This document shows positions 13,550 to 25,860 of a stretch of 63,765 nucleotides of DNA, piece after piece. A program made the translations under genes and the position numbers. The notes beneath the pieces are model-generated. The model searched no databases. It saw only the letters and a list, made by a program, of their open reading frames with translations, and was not told where the DNA came from. Source of the DNA: Chiloscyllium plagiosum (Eukaryota); the NCBI RefSeq assembly GCF_004010195.1, contig NC_057749.1, positions 9,239,070 to 9,302,834 of the forward strand, given 5' to 3'. Every line of letters begins with the position of its first letter. Position 1 is the first letter of the stretch.

Positions 13550-14850
13550 AATACGGTTTTGGATACTGTTGGGAGGGGATGACCTACCAGGGGAAAGCCA
13601 TTGTGGCCAGGTGTCTCACACTGAGCCTGGCTCTGAGACTCAGATGGGATGCGGGGAGAATAGAAAATCGGTGGTGGTGGGAGACTCAATTAGTTAAAGG
13701 AACAGACAGGAGATTGTGCAGTCGCGAATGGGACTCCAGGAAGGTATGCTGCCTCCCAGGTGCCAGGGTCCAGGATATCTCTCATTGAGTCTACAAGATT
13801 CTGAAGGGGAGGGTGAGCAGCCAGAATTGGTGGTGCACATTGGCGCTAATGACACTGCCAGGAAAAGAGATGAGGATCTAAAAAGTGATTCCAGGGAGTT
13901 AGGTTGGAATCTAAAAATCAGAGTAGTAACCTTAGGATTACTACCAGTGCCATGTGCTCTTGAAGCGAGGAACAGGGAGCAAGTGCAGCTAAACGCGTTC
14001 CTACAGGGCTGGTGCAGGAGGGAGGGCTTCAGATACATAGATCATTGAGGGTACCTTCTGGGGAAGGTGGGACCTAGACATGAAGAATGGGTTGCACTTA
14101 AACTGGAGGGGCACCAATGTCCTGGGCGAGAGATTTACTAGAGAGAACACAGTGGACCAGGTTAATAGGGTTGAACAGATTGATATTAAGGAAGTAGATG
14201 TACTGGAAATTCTGGGAAACATCAAGATAGACAAGTCCCCAGGGCCAGACTAAATATGCAAGGTTACTACAGGAAGTGAGAAATAAGATTGCTGCACCTC
14301 TTTGCATCCTCACTCTCCATGGGAGTAGCACTGGATGATTGGGAGGGAGGCAAATTTTGTTCCTCCGTTCAAGAAAAGGAATAGAGAAACCCCTGAGAAT
14401 TACAGACCAGTCAGTCTTGCATTTGTGGTAAGCAAGGTACTGGAAAGGATCTGAGAGATGGGATTTAGGTCTATTTGGAAAGAACTGTGTTTGATTAAAG
14501 ATGGTCAGCATGGCTTTGAAAGGGGCAGGTCATGCATCACAAGCCTTATTCAATTCTTTGAGGCTCCGACGAGACAGGTTAACAAAGGTCGAGCAGCAGA
14601 TTTGGTGTATAAGAATTTCAGTAAGGCATTTGAAAAGGTCTCCCATGGTAGGCTTATTTAGAAAGTTAGGAGGTATGTGATACAGGGAAGTTTGGTTGTC
14701 TGGATACAGAATTGGCTGGCCGAAAGACGACAGCGAGTGGTAGTGGATGGAAAGAATTCTGCCTGGAAGTATTCTGACCAGTGGTGGCCTGCAGGGATCT
14801 GTTCTTGGGCCTCTGCTCTTTGTAGTTTTTACAAGTGACTTGGATAAATC
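13550..14850 (+). mobile_element. Internally deleted CR1: ORF1 SGNH-esterase remnant joined to RT remnant
   Basis: VVVGDSI, CCLPGARVQDI, VVHIGANDT (SGNH-type ORF1), then QHGFERGRSCITSL..FSKAFEKVSH. Confidence 0.85.
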
Positions 14851-15130
14851 CCAACTATAAAGTTTGAATAATTTAGTCTCCGCAAGTTGTACTTCTAAAA
14901 CTTAAGATAAAGAATGCACTTTTTGATATTGTATACCCACTACTAACCTCATATTTAACATGTGCCAGTCTGCCAAGAATTAAGGAAAAACAGGTTGTTT
15001 CAGCATTTCCAACCTAAGTATCTGAGAACAAGTTACCAAATACTTATGTGTCAATTCCCACAAAGACAAATTCAATTTACTCTCTCCCTTTAATTCCTAA
15101 TTAAACAGCTTTAAAACTATTGATTCTCAC

Positions 15131-15466
15131 CAGTGCAATATTCTTTGCCACTATGCTGTGGCACTGTGATTTGCCTGTAGACAATAGGCTCTGACTCCAG
15201 AATATTCTCATCATGGCGATATCTTGTCGGCTTCTCATTTGGTGTTCCTCGGGACCGTGTTCCATTCCTCCTTTCAAACGTGTCTATCTCTTCAAAGACT
15301 GCTGCTTTGTCAAAGAGTGCTAGATTACCTTCAAAATCAAAGTCTGTGTCAAGGATTACTTCAATTCCATCCCCAAAGCACTCATCATCTTTATTTTTCA
15401 TTGGTCCATTCTTGATTCCATTTTTCTTTGGCGTTGCTTGATTTGGAATCTTGCTACTTGAGGACC
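15131..15466 (-). CDS. EDC3: EDC3 third coding exon (FDF domain)
   Basis: Acceptor TGTCCTTTCCCAG|GG completes the TGG codon. Translates WSSSSKIPNQATPKKNGIKNGPMKNKDDECFGDGIEVILDTDFDFEGNLALFDKAAVFEEIDTFERRNGTRSRGTPNEKPTRYRHDENILESEPIVYRQITVPQHSGKEYCT. Donor G|GTGAGA at 15131/15130. 336 nt, phase 1 to 1. Confidence 0.97.
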
Positions 15467-17017
15467 CTGGGAAAGGACAATATTGAGATTAATACATTGA
15501 AACAATGTATAGTATATTAAAACAATCGCAGTTTCCCTCCACCTTAAGAGCTTTGACTATTATATCTATAAACAGTTGTATTTTTCTAAGGTAGTAGAAG
15601 AATGCAACTGCCCAAATAAACTTTTAAGAACATAAATAGAAACAGCAAGCTATACTGTCTCTCTGGAGCCTCCTGCGCCTGCAGCATGATCAGAGCTGAT
15701 ATTTTACCTCAATTCGACTGCCCCTCCACCTCTATTCCTGGATTCCCCTGCTAAACATATGGAAGCTTGTAAATCCAGTTCAGTCTAAGTTTAAAATAAT
15801 TTCTCTAGAGAACACAAATTAATCCAAATACAAGTGCTTCTATCATACCTCATTGAACTTTCAACTTTAATTTCTTCATTGCATGTGTACAAGTTAACAA
15901 TGACTTAATTATTGAAACACCACTGACAAACCAGGTGGATTGAAAACTTTACCAGCTCTGCTTCATTCCAGCAGAGACCAGAATCGCCTGCTTCCCAAAA
16001 TTGTGGGACAGACCAGGTCTTCGAAGCCATTGCCATCACCGCATGATGGAATAATGTTAAAAAGTTACTCAAATACCCAACGACACTGTTCATAAGCAAA
16101 AAGATTTATCTTAAAATATGGAAGCATATAGTCGAATGTACATTTTGTTTGTGCTCATTGTCTTATTAGGATTCCAGTAACTTACTTTGATAATGAGACT
16201 TTTTAAAAATTCATTGGTAGCACTCTATTACAATAAAAGGACAGCTGCAAAGTGCACATTTTCAATAATTCACTTTATCCTTAACATTCAAGATAATCTG
16301 GGGCTAATTACATTTGGCATATTTCCACTGTACTTCAGGAAAAGGATAGCATGAAAGATACGCTGGCATTCAAAGTCAAAATAGGAGAACCAGAGTTTGG
16401 AACATGAGCTGATCTGGGAAGATGCATATCAAAAGGGCAAACAACAGAGGAGGGACTCGGTAGAGGTGCTTGTGGATTGAGCGGATACTACAAGTGTACA
16501 TAGGACAACAGGCAGATGGAGAAGATACACAGCCAGAGGTCGTGAGGAAGGACTGAAGACTGTGCTGCAGCCAGGCAATAGGGGTGGAATGAACTAAATT
16601 TCAGACTTTGTGTTTTGTCTGGAAAATGTGGAAAATGAGCTTCTTCCCAATCCCTGTTCATCTCAGTATCCATATATTCTAGTATGTTACATCAGTTTAA
16701 CAAAACAAGTGCATTGCAGGACATGCACTGTAATGGAGGCTGGATGATATCGTGACCTGGAGTTGTGTGTTTGCTTGGCTCAGAACTAGTCCTCAACTCA
16801 GCAGATTGCTTGAAGTACCAACTGAGGCTGTACTGTAACTGGAGATGTTCTAGGCATCTACTTAAGTTGTATTTTGGGGTGGAGTTATTATACTAATCAG
16901 GATATGATTTAGGAAATTTAAAAAGGCACAAATTTATGTTATGAGTCATTACATTTCTGTAACTGAGCAAAATAGGAAGTTGTTGTGGTTCTGTTCGCTG
17001 AGCTGGGAATTTGTGTT

Positions 17018-17057
17018 GCAAACGTTTCGTCCCCCATCTAGGTTACATCCTCAGTGC
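17018..17057 (-). ncRNA. Minimal hammerhead motif, inverted copy (sense in EDC3 pre-mRNA)
   Basis: GCA-CTGAGGA-T-GTAACCT-AGAT-GGGGGAC-GAAA-CG-TT-TGC. Core intact, weaker stem II, GUU triplet. Confidence 0.65.
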
Positions 17058-17342
17058 TTGGGAGCCTCCTGTGAAGCGTTTCTGTGATCTTTGCTCCGCC
17101 ATTTGTAGTGGTTCGAATCTGCCGCTTCCGGTTGTCAGTTCCAGCTGTCCGTTGCAGTGATCGGTATATTGGGTCCAGGTCGATGTGCTCATCCACAGAT
17201 TCAATCAATAAGCACATTGACCTGGACCCAATATACCGACCACTGCAATGGACAGCTGGAACTGACAACCGGAAGCGGCAGATTCAAACCACTACAAATG
17301 CCAGAGGAAAGATCACAGAAGCACTTCACAGGAGGCTCCCAA

Positions 17343-17382
17343 GCACTGAGGATGTCACCTAGACAGGGGACGAAACGTCTGC
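17343..17382 (+). ncRNA. Minimal type I hammerhead ribozyme motif (PLE-associated)
   Basis: GCA-CTGAGGA-T-GTCACCT-AGAC-AGGGGAC-GAAA-CG-TC-TGC: intact CUGANGA/GAAA core, stem I GCA/TGC, stem II with one mismatch, palindromic ACGT helix III, GUC cleavage triplet. Confidence 0.8.
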
Positions 17383-18117
17383 AACACAAATTCCCAGCTC
17401 GGCGAACAGAACCACAACAACGAGCACCCGAGCTACAAATCTTCTCACAAACTTTGAAGAGTAGGAAAAAGTGTTAACACTACAAGGTAGATCGACTGAT
17501 AGTGCGACACAGAAGTTGGAAGAATATATTTTTTTTGACAATTTGGACCCTGCTAATGGCGGCGAGTTGGAGTTAAAACAAATTGCAGGAATGCTAGTAG
17601 ATTAAGCCACAGTGCAGGCTGTTGGAGGAAACCATTGGGAGTTTCCATGGAGTACATTGCAATGAAACCAGCCCATAAATGGGGCATGTTCCAGAATCAG
17701 TGAAGGATGCTGAGTCACACTATTGTCCAATGCCAAATGGAGTGTTGAGAACATTCTTCAATTAAGTACATTCCTAATGAATGCTGCAGGGAGTTGAAGA
17801 GATGTGCCATGATGAATGATTCCCCAAATGTCCTGGTCAGATAAAGTTTCTAGCCAGTTATATGGCACCAGCACAAGTGAACTTCATATTATAAATAGTT
17901 ACAACATTCCAAACAAAATCTCAGCACCGGTTTCTGGTCTCAGGAGAGAAAACATGGAGAAATGCTTAGGATAAGCTTTCAACTACCATTATGCCTCTGC
18001 AGAAATGTACATCAAATAAGTATTTCAGTGATACATTTTGCAGTTTCTGCAAATAAATTAACATTCCAGAAGTGAAGGTATTTCAGTATATACTTTATAA
18101 ATTACAACTTTCGACTG

Positions 18118-18495
18118 CTAGGTTTCATTCAGTAGTGATTGTGCCTTTGCCTCAGAAAGCTGTGGTTTCATGTCCTTCTCCAGAGTCATAACATAAACAA
18201 AGCTGACATTCCCAGTGCAGTACACAGGAAGGACTGAGGTTCCTTTCTTTCAAAAGAGATTCTATTAGATGGAATCACTCCCATTTCACTGGTTCCAAGA
18301 ATCAAACTCTGCTGTCCTTGCCAATATTCACCCCCTCAGCCAACATCACTCCAACAGACTTCTGGACATAGCTATGCACGGCTTGATGGTCATATTCCTT
18401 ACATTACAACAGCGATTGGACTGAAGTATTTCATCCGTTGAAAAGCACTTTGGGATGCTCCAAACCTGAAGACAATATATCGAAGCACACCTTTC
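18118..18495 (+). mobile_element. Old Deu-domain SINE (SacSINE1/AmnSINE-like), degenerate
   Basis: GCTGACATTCCCAGTGCAGTAC, TGTCCTTGCCAATATTCACCCCCTCAGCCAACATCACT, and tail CCTTACATTACAACAG...AAAGCACTTTGGGATG resemble recalled Deu-SINE motifs. Confidence 0.6.
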
Positions 18496-19337
18496 ATCTC
18501 CCCCAACTAAGTTTAAAGATTGAATTTAAAGTGGAGTTAGAATTCGGTCAGTTCTGTACTTTCCCACACAATTCTCATCAATACAGAAACATCTAAAGAT
18601 TGATTAAAAAAAACCATGCACAAAAAGCTTGTGAAACAAAACTGAATACTGATTTACATTTATATAACCTAATTTTAATGTTTTGAAATGAATAACTGGA
18701 TTTAATTTAAAAAAAAAGGACTTCATTATGAGGACTTGCGTCATGTCTGTTGTTTTACACTTTCAACCATCTCAGGCCTCATTCGAAAGGGATAGAGCCT
18801 TATAAATCACAATTAGATACTGATTTGTTTTGCTTAAAAATTATTTGAAGATATTTATTGACTCACTCACCCACAGTGCAGAAAGGCACGATGCTGTTTT
18901 CTCTTCCCCCTACTCACTGGTAAACCAGCTGGATATTTGTTTGTTGTGCTATGAATTATTCAATGCTTTGTATTGTGAAATTCTGATGAGCAATCAGTTT
19001 GGTTTCAAAAACCACACTGATTAGATACAGATACTATCAAAAAGGTGTCGTATATGGAACGGAGAAAAACCAGGAGATGCAGAGCCACTTTCCACCAATT
19101 CAACGACCCACAATCAGCAAAGTACTGAGGAGATAAACCATACATGTGAAATTACTGCAGCACATGCCCTCCACTAAGCTCCTGGCAGCAACAGGAATGT
19201 TCCAACCATCTTTGACCATAAAATTAACTTTTTATTTATATTTAAAGATGAAGATGCAAGTTGCGTTTTCTGTCCCCCCCCTCCCCCCCACCAAAAGAAT
19301 TTGTAGTTAAGAATTCTATCAAGGTATCTTTTATCTA

Positions 19338-19430
19338 AGATGGTGCCATAAGTGGCGACTTGCAAACTTTTCATGGTACTCATTTGAGTACATGTAGCAA
19401 TAAAGCTAATTCTAAGATTCTAATTCTAAA
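19338..19430 (+). repeat. Retroelement 3' tail, also present at ~20140-20197 plus 20954-20970
   Basis: Shared AAGATGGTGC...TACTCATTTGA.TAC.TG...AAAGCTAA sequence, followed by ATTCTA repeats. Confidence 0.55.
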
Positions 19431-20197
19431 TGACAAAGTATGAACTATCATAAAAATTACAAAATTCAAAACTAAGTTCATCTGACACAATGCTAAGAAT
19501 GCTGAGGCATTGCAGTTCAGCTCATGCAAAATAATTACTGAGGCAACATTCCGTGTATCTTCCAGTAATGACAAGCCCTTAACCACTGCGACTATAATTC
19601 CACAAGGCATGGTTCAAATGGCTCACTCCAAATAAAATTTACAACGTAAATCCTAAATGAGCTCCTGTGAAATTGAGCTCAAATGAGCAAATGAAAACTG
19701 TTTAAGTCAATTGTTGTGAAGTGTTAATAATCACTGGGCAGGGCCTCAAGGTGGAGGAAAACTCACCATAGCAATTTTATCCAGTAAGTTGGAGGAGGCA
19801 CAGGATGCTCCAACCAGAGCTCCTCCTCCCTGCCAGTTCTTTTTCCCTCTCTCTCCTACCTTCTTGTTGCGTCTGGAGCAGGGTCACCGTCAACCAGCTG
19901 CCCAGAGTGGGAGAGGGGATAGCGGCCCGGGTGCAGAACGCTGCAGCAACCTGCAGTCAGACAACAGGGAAGCCCTGTGTTAGTCTGCTGCAGACATCCT
20001 TTGGAGAGGGACTGTGATATTTGTCTTTTTAACTTTACTTGCTTTTTCTGACCTATGGTCATACTATGAATAGCTGTAATTTAGCTTTTTTTTCTCTTCT
20101 TTCCTCTATTCTGTAACTAAGGATTGTATCTAGGTACCCAAGATGGTGCTGTCAGCAGCAACTTATTATTTTCCACTGTACTCATTTGAATACGTGG

Positions 20198-20936
20198 GTC
20201 TGGATTAGAGTGGTGCTGGACAAGCACAGCTGGTCAGGCAGTATCCAAGAAGGAGGAAAATCCATCTTTCTGGCAAAAGCCCTTCATCAGGAACAGAGGC
20301 AGGGTGCCTGCAGGGTAGAGAGATAAATGAGAGCGGGGGGTGGGGATGGGGAGAAAGTAGCATAGAGTACAATAGGTGAATGGCAGTGGGGATGGAGGTG
20401 ATAGGTCAGAGAGGCGGGTGGGGGAAAGGTGGCAAAGAGTAGGAGCTTCAAGGCAGAGGAGATGACCTGGGGGTTGCAATGAGAGAGGGACCCGCTGAGA
20501 TTCTTGCAGAGAGGAGGAGAACTTCAAGGCAGGCATCCTTGCAAGAGGATTCACAGTAAGGTTAAAATCAACTAGGCAAAAACGACGACTGCAGATGGTG
20601 GAAACCAGAGTCTGGATTAGAGTGGTGCTAGAAAAACACAGGTCAGGCAGCAACTGAGGAGCAGGAAAATCGACATTTCTGGCAAAAGCCCTTCATTAGG
20701 AATAGAGGCAGGGAGTCTGCAGGGTGGAACCCCACCCTCCTCTATTGTACTCTATGCTACTTTCTCCCCACTCCCACCCCCCTCTATCTCTCCACCCTGG
20801 AGGCTCCCTGCCTCTATTCCTGATGGAAGGGCTTTTGCCCAAAACGTCGATTTTCCTGCTTCTCAGATGCTGCCTGACCTGCTCTGCATTTCCAGCACTA
20901 CTCTAAACCAGACTCTGGTTTCCAGCATCTGCAGTC
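20198..20936. mobile_element. Composite Penelope-like insertion: two tandem pseudo-LTRs (minus) plus one inverted pseudo-LTR (plus), with a 17-bp target-site duplication
   Basis: CTCATTTGAATACGTGG at 20181-20197 and 20937-20953. Three degenerate copies of CTGATGAAGGGCTTTTGCCCGAAACGTC at ~20262-20292 (-), ~20668-20702 (-) and ~20819-20850 (+). Confidence 0.82.
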
Positions 20937-22869
20937 CTCATTTGAATACGTGGCAAAGCTAACTCACCTCAAATATCAAACATTTTTTGGAATGGTTTTC
21001 AAAATCAACTAGTGCTGCTTTCCCCATATCGCAAAAATTCAATGTTCTGCTATTGACCTATTTCATATTTTGCATCTTTCATCACTTTCAACTGCAAGTT
21101 ACTGTTACAGATATTCCATAAAACATTTTGCATGCTGAATTGTTGACAGATACAAATCGACTGCCAGTCTTGCTCATAATCAGTTACTGTACAAGGCAAA
21201 TACCTACATTCAGTTAATTTTCACAAAACTTTTTGTGTTTTATAATCAATTTTGCAGTATTTGCCAGGTTCTTCTTGAAAGTCATCAACTTCCTCTCCCT
21301 TTGAAACAGATGCATTGGTTGCTCACAAATTAAATGTCTCCATTTCATGATTGCAAGCCAACAATGCAACACTAACAAAAGGCAATCATGTTGACATGGA
21401 AGGAAACATTGAAAATGCAGCATAGAATGTCTACAGAAAGGGAGCTCTGTTAAATCAACAAAGCAGAAATGACCTGTTAACTTTGCCAAGTTCAATGGAT
21501 CTTAGAAAGATACAGACCGCAGCACAACAGAAAATATCAGTAAAATAAACTTCAGCAAGATGTTAGTGCAATGATCGAGATTCCTGGATACTTAATATAA
21601 CAATAAACAAGTTCCGCAACCGTTTCTGCTACTGATATATTTATTCCAGTATACTTGCAACATGTTTTCATAGACCTCACTGCAAATACTGACAATCCCA
21701 TTGATGATCCACAAAAGGCTGACAAACTCTCCAGAAGTTCAAGTCAAGCAGCTCAAAAATACAAAATCAAAGCAACATAAAAAAGTGAAGCACTGCTGTC
21801 ACTGCAAAATTCATTTCCAATTAGAATTCAGCAAGAGTAGTTAATTGAGAAAATACAGTACAAAGCATGAGCTAATGCAGATATGATACAAGCCATTAAC
21901 TGTGCTTCATGCTGTTCAAAGCAGTTTCCTCAGGCTGCCAGCAATATGCAAGAATGACAGATCTTACAAAACCTCCAGGGTGGGTATATATATGACCTGC
22001 ACGCCAGAAAAACACATTTAGTCACAACTGAGCAGCAGAACTCTAAAGGAATGTAGACCCATTCTAGCTTTTTGTGGCATCTGCTAATGTTTCTGCACAT
22101 CTTTATTTTCAGAATGACAACCCCAGAGTATTAGATGAAAGATGAGTATGGGGAAGAAAAAAAAATCAGGTGAAAAGATAACATGCTTCAGTTTATATGG
22201 AGTCAGCAGTGAGACAATTCTGCTTGCAACTAACCTTCACAAAAGTTGTCCACAAAGATTTAAAACATTGTGGTATGTATTTCCCCCTTCTCAATGTCTG
22301 TTTTAATTTGTTGCTGGAATCTTCAGGAGTGCAGCAATAGCATTGAATAAGATAAAGAACCAATTAATAGAAGTATTCTAACAGATTGCAAACCAATTTT
22401 TAAAATACATTGATTTTTTTTTCATTTTAAAATAATACTCGATTAAACCAATCAAGATACATACATAGAATGAGAGTAAAATGCCAAACTTAAAATTAAA
22501 ATGAAAATTTCAGATTTGGAGAAAACTGACGTTCCACAGCTTAACATTCCTTCCACCAGTGATGGCAAGGTTGTTCAGTAATAGTCATAAAAGAAAACTT
22601 TTGGACCCAATTTTACACCAAATTCTGCAAGGATACAACAGCAAAATGACTGGTGTAAAGGACAAATGTGCATTAGTTTAGTGATTTCTCCCCAAATGTG
22701 ATAGGAGTCCAGCACACTTACAGGCAGCAGTAAAATGACAAATTGAATACCTTTTAAAATTGTATTTGGAAAATGTGACAATTTTTTACATCTTTTTTCC
22801 TGTGATGTAACAGAACATTAAATTGGAATTCTAAATCACTGGAAAGTCACACTCTGACACAAGTCAGAG

Positions 22870-25860
22870 TTTTACAGCATGGAAGAGAAGCCCTTCAGCC
22901 CTGTGTCACGCCAGTCTTCAAGCACCCGTCTGCTTAAGTCCTCTTTTCCTGCATTTGGCTGATAATCTTGTATGCTACATTTTAAATGTTCAACCATATA
23001 TTTAAATGTTGCGATGGTTCCTGTATGAACTATCTTTTCAGCCAATGAATTCCAGATACCCGCTATCATTTGGATGAAACAAGTTCTTTAAATCCCCTCT
23101 GAACCTCCTGCTCCTTACTTTAAATCGAAGCTCATTACAGATTCGCATACTAAAGGGAAAAACTTCTCTCCATCTCATGACGACCCTCGATTTTGCACAC
23201 ATCTATCAGGGTTCCTCTTCAGTCATCTCAGCTCTGAAGAAAGCAATCCAAGCCTATCCAGCTTCTCTTCATAGCTGAATCAGTCCAGCCCAGGTAATAT
23301 CTTGGTGAATCTCTTCTGCACCATCTCTAGTGCAACCACATCCTTCCTATAGTATGGAAATCAGAAGACAATATATTCCAGTTGTGGCCTAGAAGCTCCA
23401 TTACAACCTCCCTGCTCTTGTATTCAACGGCTCTACTAAAAGGCAAGTATTCCATATGCTGTCTTAACCATTTTACCAACTTGTCCTGTTGTCTTCAAGG
23501 ATCCATGGATATGCGCACCAAGGTCCCTCTGATCATCTGTGCTTCCTATCATTCACCACGCACTCCCGTTGAAACGCATAAAGTGGATAAGTCCGCAGGA
23601 CCCGATCAGGTGTATCCTAGAGCTCTGTGGGAAGCTAGAGAAGTGATTGCTGGGCCTCTAGCGGAGATATTTGTAGCTTCGATAGTCACAGGTGAGGCGC
23701 CGGGAGACTGGAGGTTGGCTAACGTGGTATCACTATTTAAGAAAGGTGTAAGGACAAGCCAGGGAACCACAGACCAGTGAGTCTGACGTCGATGGTGGGC
23801 ATGTTATTGAAGGGAATCCAGAGGGACAGGAGGTACATATATTTGGAAAGGCAAGGACTGATTAGGGATGGTAAACATGGCTTTGAGCATGGGAAATCAT
23901 GCCTCACAAACTTGATTCATTTTTTGAAGAAGTAACAATAAGGATTGATGAGGGCAGAGCGATAGACGTGATCCATTTAAACCTCAGTAAGGCGTTCGAC
24001 AAGGTTCCCCATGGGAGACAGGTTAGCAAGGTTAGATCTTATGGAATACAGGGAGAACTAGCCATTTAGATACAGAACTGGATTGAAGGTAGAAGACAGA
24101 AGGTGGTGGTGGTGGAGGGTTGCTTTTCAGACTGGAGGCCTGTGACCAGTGGAGTGCCACAAGGATTGGTGCTGGGTCCACCACTTTTCGTCATTTATAT
24201 AAATGATTTGGATGTGAAGATAAGAGGTATACTTAGTAAGTTTCCAGATGACACCAAAATTGGAGGTGTAGTGGACAGCAAAGAAGGTTCTCTCTGATTA
24301 CAACAGGATCTTGACCAGATGAACCAATAGGCTGGTGAGTGGCAGATGGAGTTTAATTTAGATAAATGCGTGGTGCGGCATTTTGGGAAAGCAAATCTTA
24401 GCAGGACTTATACACTTAATGGTAAGGTCCTAAGGAGTGTTGCTGAACAAAGACCTTGAAGTGCAAGTTCATAGCTCCTTGAAAGTAGAGTCACAGGTAG
24501 ATAGGATAGTGAAGGCGGCATTTGCTTTTGATTATGTGACACAGCATTGAGTACAGGAGTTGGGAGGTCATGTTGCAGTTGTACAGGGCACTGTTTAGGC
24601 CACTTTTGGAATATTACTTGCAATTGTGGTCTCCTTCCTATCGGAAGGATGTTGTGAACCTTGAAAGGGTTCAGAAAAGATTTACAAGGATGCTGCCAGG
24701 CTTGGAGGGTTTGAGCTATAGGGAGAGGCTGAACAGGCTAGGTCTGTTTTCCCTGGAACGTCAGAGGCTGAGGGATGACCTCAGAGGTTTATAAAATCAT
24801 GAGGGACATGGATAGGATAAATAGACAAGGTCTTTTCCCTGGGGTGGGGGAGTCCAGAACTAGAGGGCATAGGTTTAGGGTGAGGGGGCAAAGATATAAA
24901 AGAGACCTAAGGGGCAACTTTTTCATGCAGAGGGTAATGTGTGTACGGAATGAGCTGCCAGAGGAAGTGGTGGAGGTGAGTACAATTGCAACATTTAAGA
25001 GGCATCTGGATGGGTATCTGAACAAGGATGGATATGGGCCAGGTACTGGCAGGTGGGGCTAGATTGGGTTGGGATATCTGGTCGGCATGGACGAGTTGGA
25101 CTGAAGGGTCAGTTTCTGTGCTGTACGTATCTATGACTCGGTGACTCTCGTACTTCCAAAAAGGCATCCTCTCTCACTTTTCAGGATTAAATTCCACTTG
25201 CCCTATTCTACCCATCAATATCATTCTGCAGTTCGAGGCTTCTCACTACCTAACACATTATGAATTTTACAGTCATCTGCAAACTTACTGATTAAACCTC
25301 CTACATTCATTTCCAGATCATTTATGTATAATGCAAATAGCAAGGGACCCAACAACAAACCCAGTGTAAGACATTGGGCAAGTTTCCAGACTCAAAAATA
25401 AAGGTCTGAACATTACCCTCTGCCTCCTGCCACTAAACCAATTTTGGATCTAATTTGCAAAGTTTTCCTGGATCCTTTTTGTCTCCCATGCAACACCTCA
25501 GCAGAAACAGTACTGAAGTCACACAGACATTAACTGCACTACCTTTATCTACACATACTTACCTCCCCTAAAAATGCAAAAATCAATCATATCAGACAGG
25601 ACACCCTGCGCCTCCTCAAAAAGACATGCTGACCATCCTTGATCAAACTGTCTTTCAAGTAGAGATTGTGCCCCTCAATTTTTTTTTTTTTTTTTCGGGG
25701 TTTCCCTACTATTATGTTAAGCTCACTGGTCTGTAGTCCCATAAATGTTCTCCAGTCCTCAGACACCTCTCCTCTATCCATAGAGGATTTGAAAATTTGT
25801 CAGGCCCCCTGCCTCTCAAAACAGCCTAGAATACATTTCAACTGTGTTTGGGGATTAATC
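22870..25860 (-). mobile_element. Old degenerate CR1 (segments ~22870-23550 and ~25150-25860) interrupted by a younger plus-strand CR1
   Basis: Minus-strand WNSL and KFADD remnants on both sides of the insert. Confidence 0.7.
23570..25145 (+). mobile_element. CR1 (HER1-like) LINE, RT to 3' end
   Basis: [48 protein letters not shown], tail GTGCTGTACGTATCTATGACTC. Confidence 0.92.

Larger units (their letters stand above)
16979..17456. mobile_element. Penelope-like element end as a ~211-bp inverted repeat (arms 16979-17189 and 17211-17421)
   Basis: The arms are near-perfect reverse complements with a 21-nt spacer. They encode SINKHIDLDPIYRPL, resembling the C-terminus of PLE GIY-YIG ORFs. Each arm carries a hammerhead motif. 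Confidence 0.85.

Noticed and set aside
1..15130. EDC3 YjeF-N exons
   Set aside because: I found no DSGLVVPS/LEMTGVCASQMAL-like sequence by eye or in the ORF track. They probably lie beyond position 1, though a short exon could have been missed.
15905..16099. ORF containing DSGL as the next EDC3 exon
   Set aside because: It lies upstream of the FDF exon in transcript order and does not continue as DSGLVVPS, so it is a chance match.
17038..17362. Overlapping sense and antisense ORFs with near-identical peptides
   Set aside because: An artefact of the inverted repeat.
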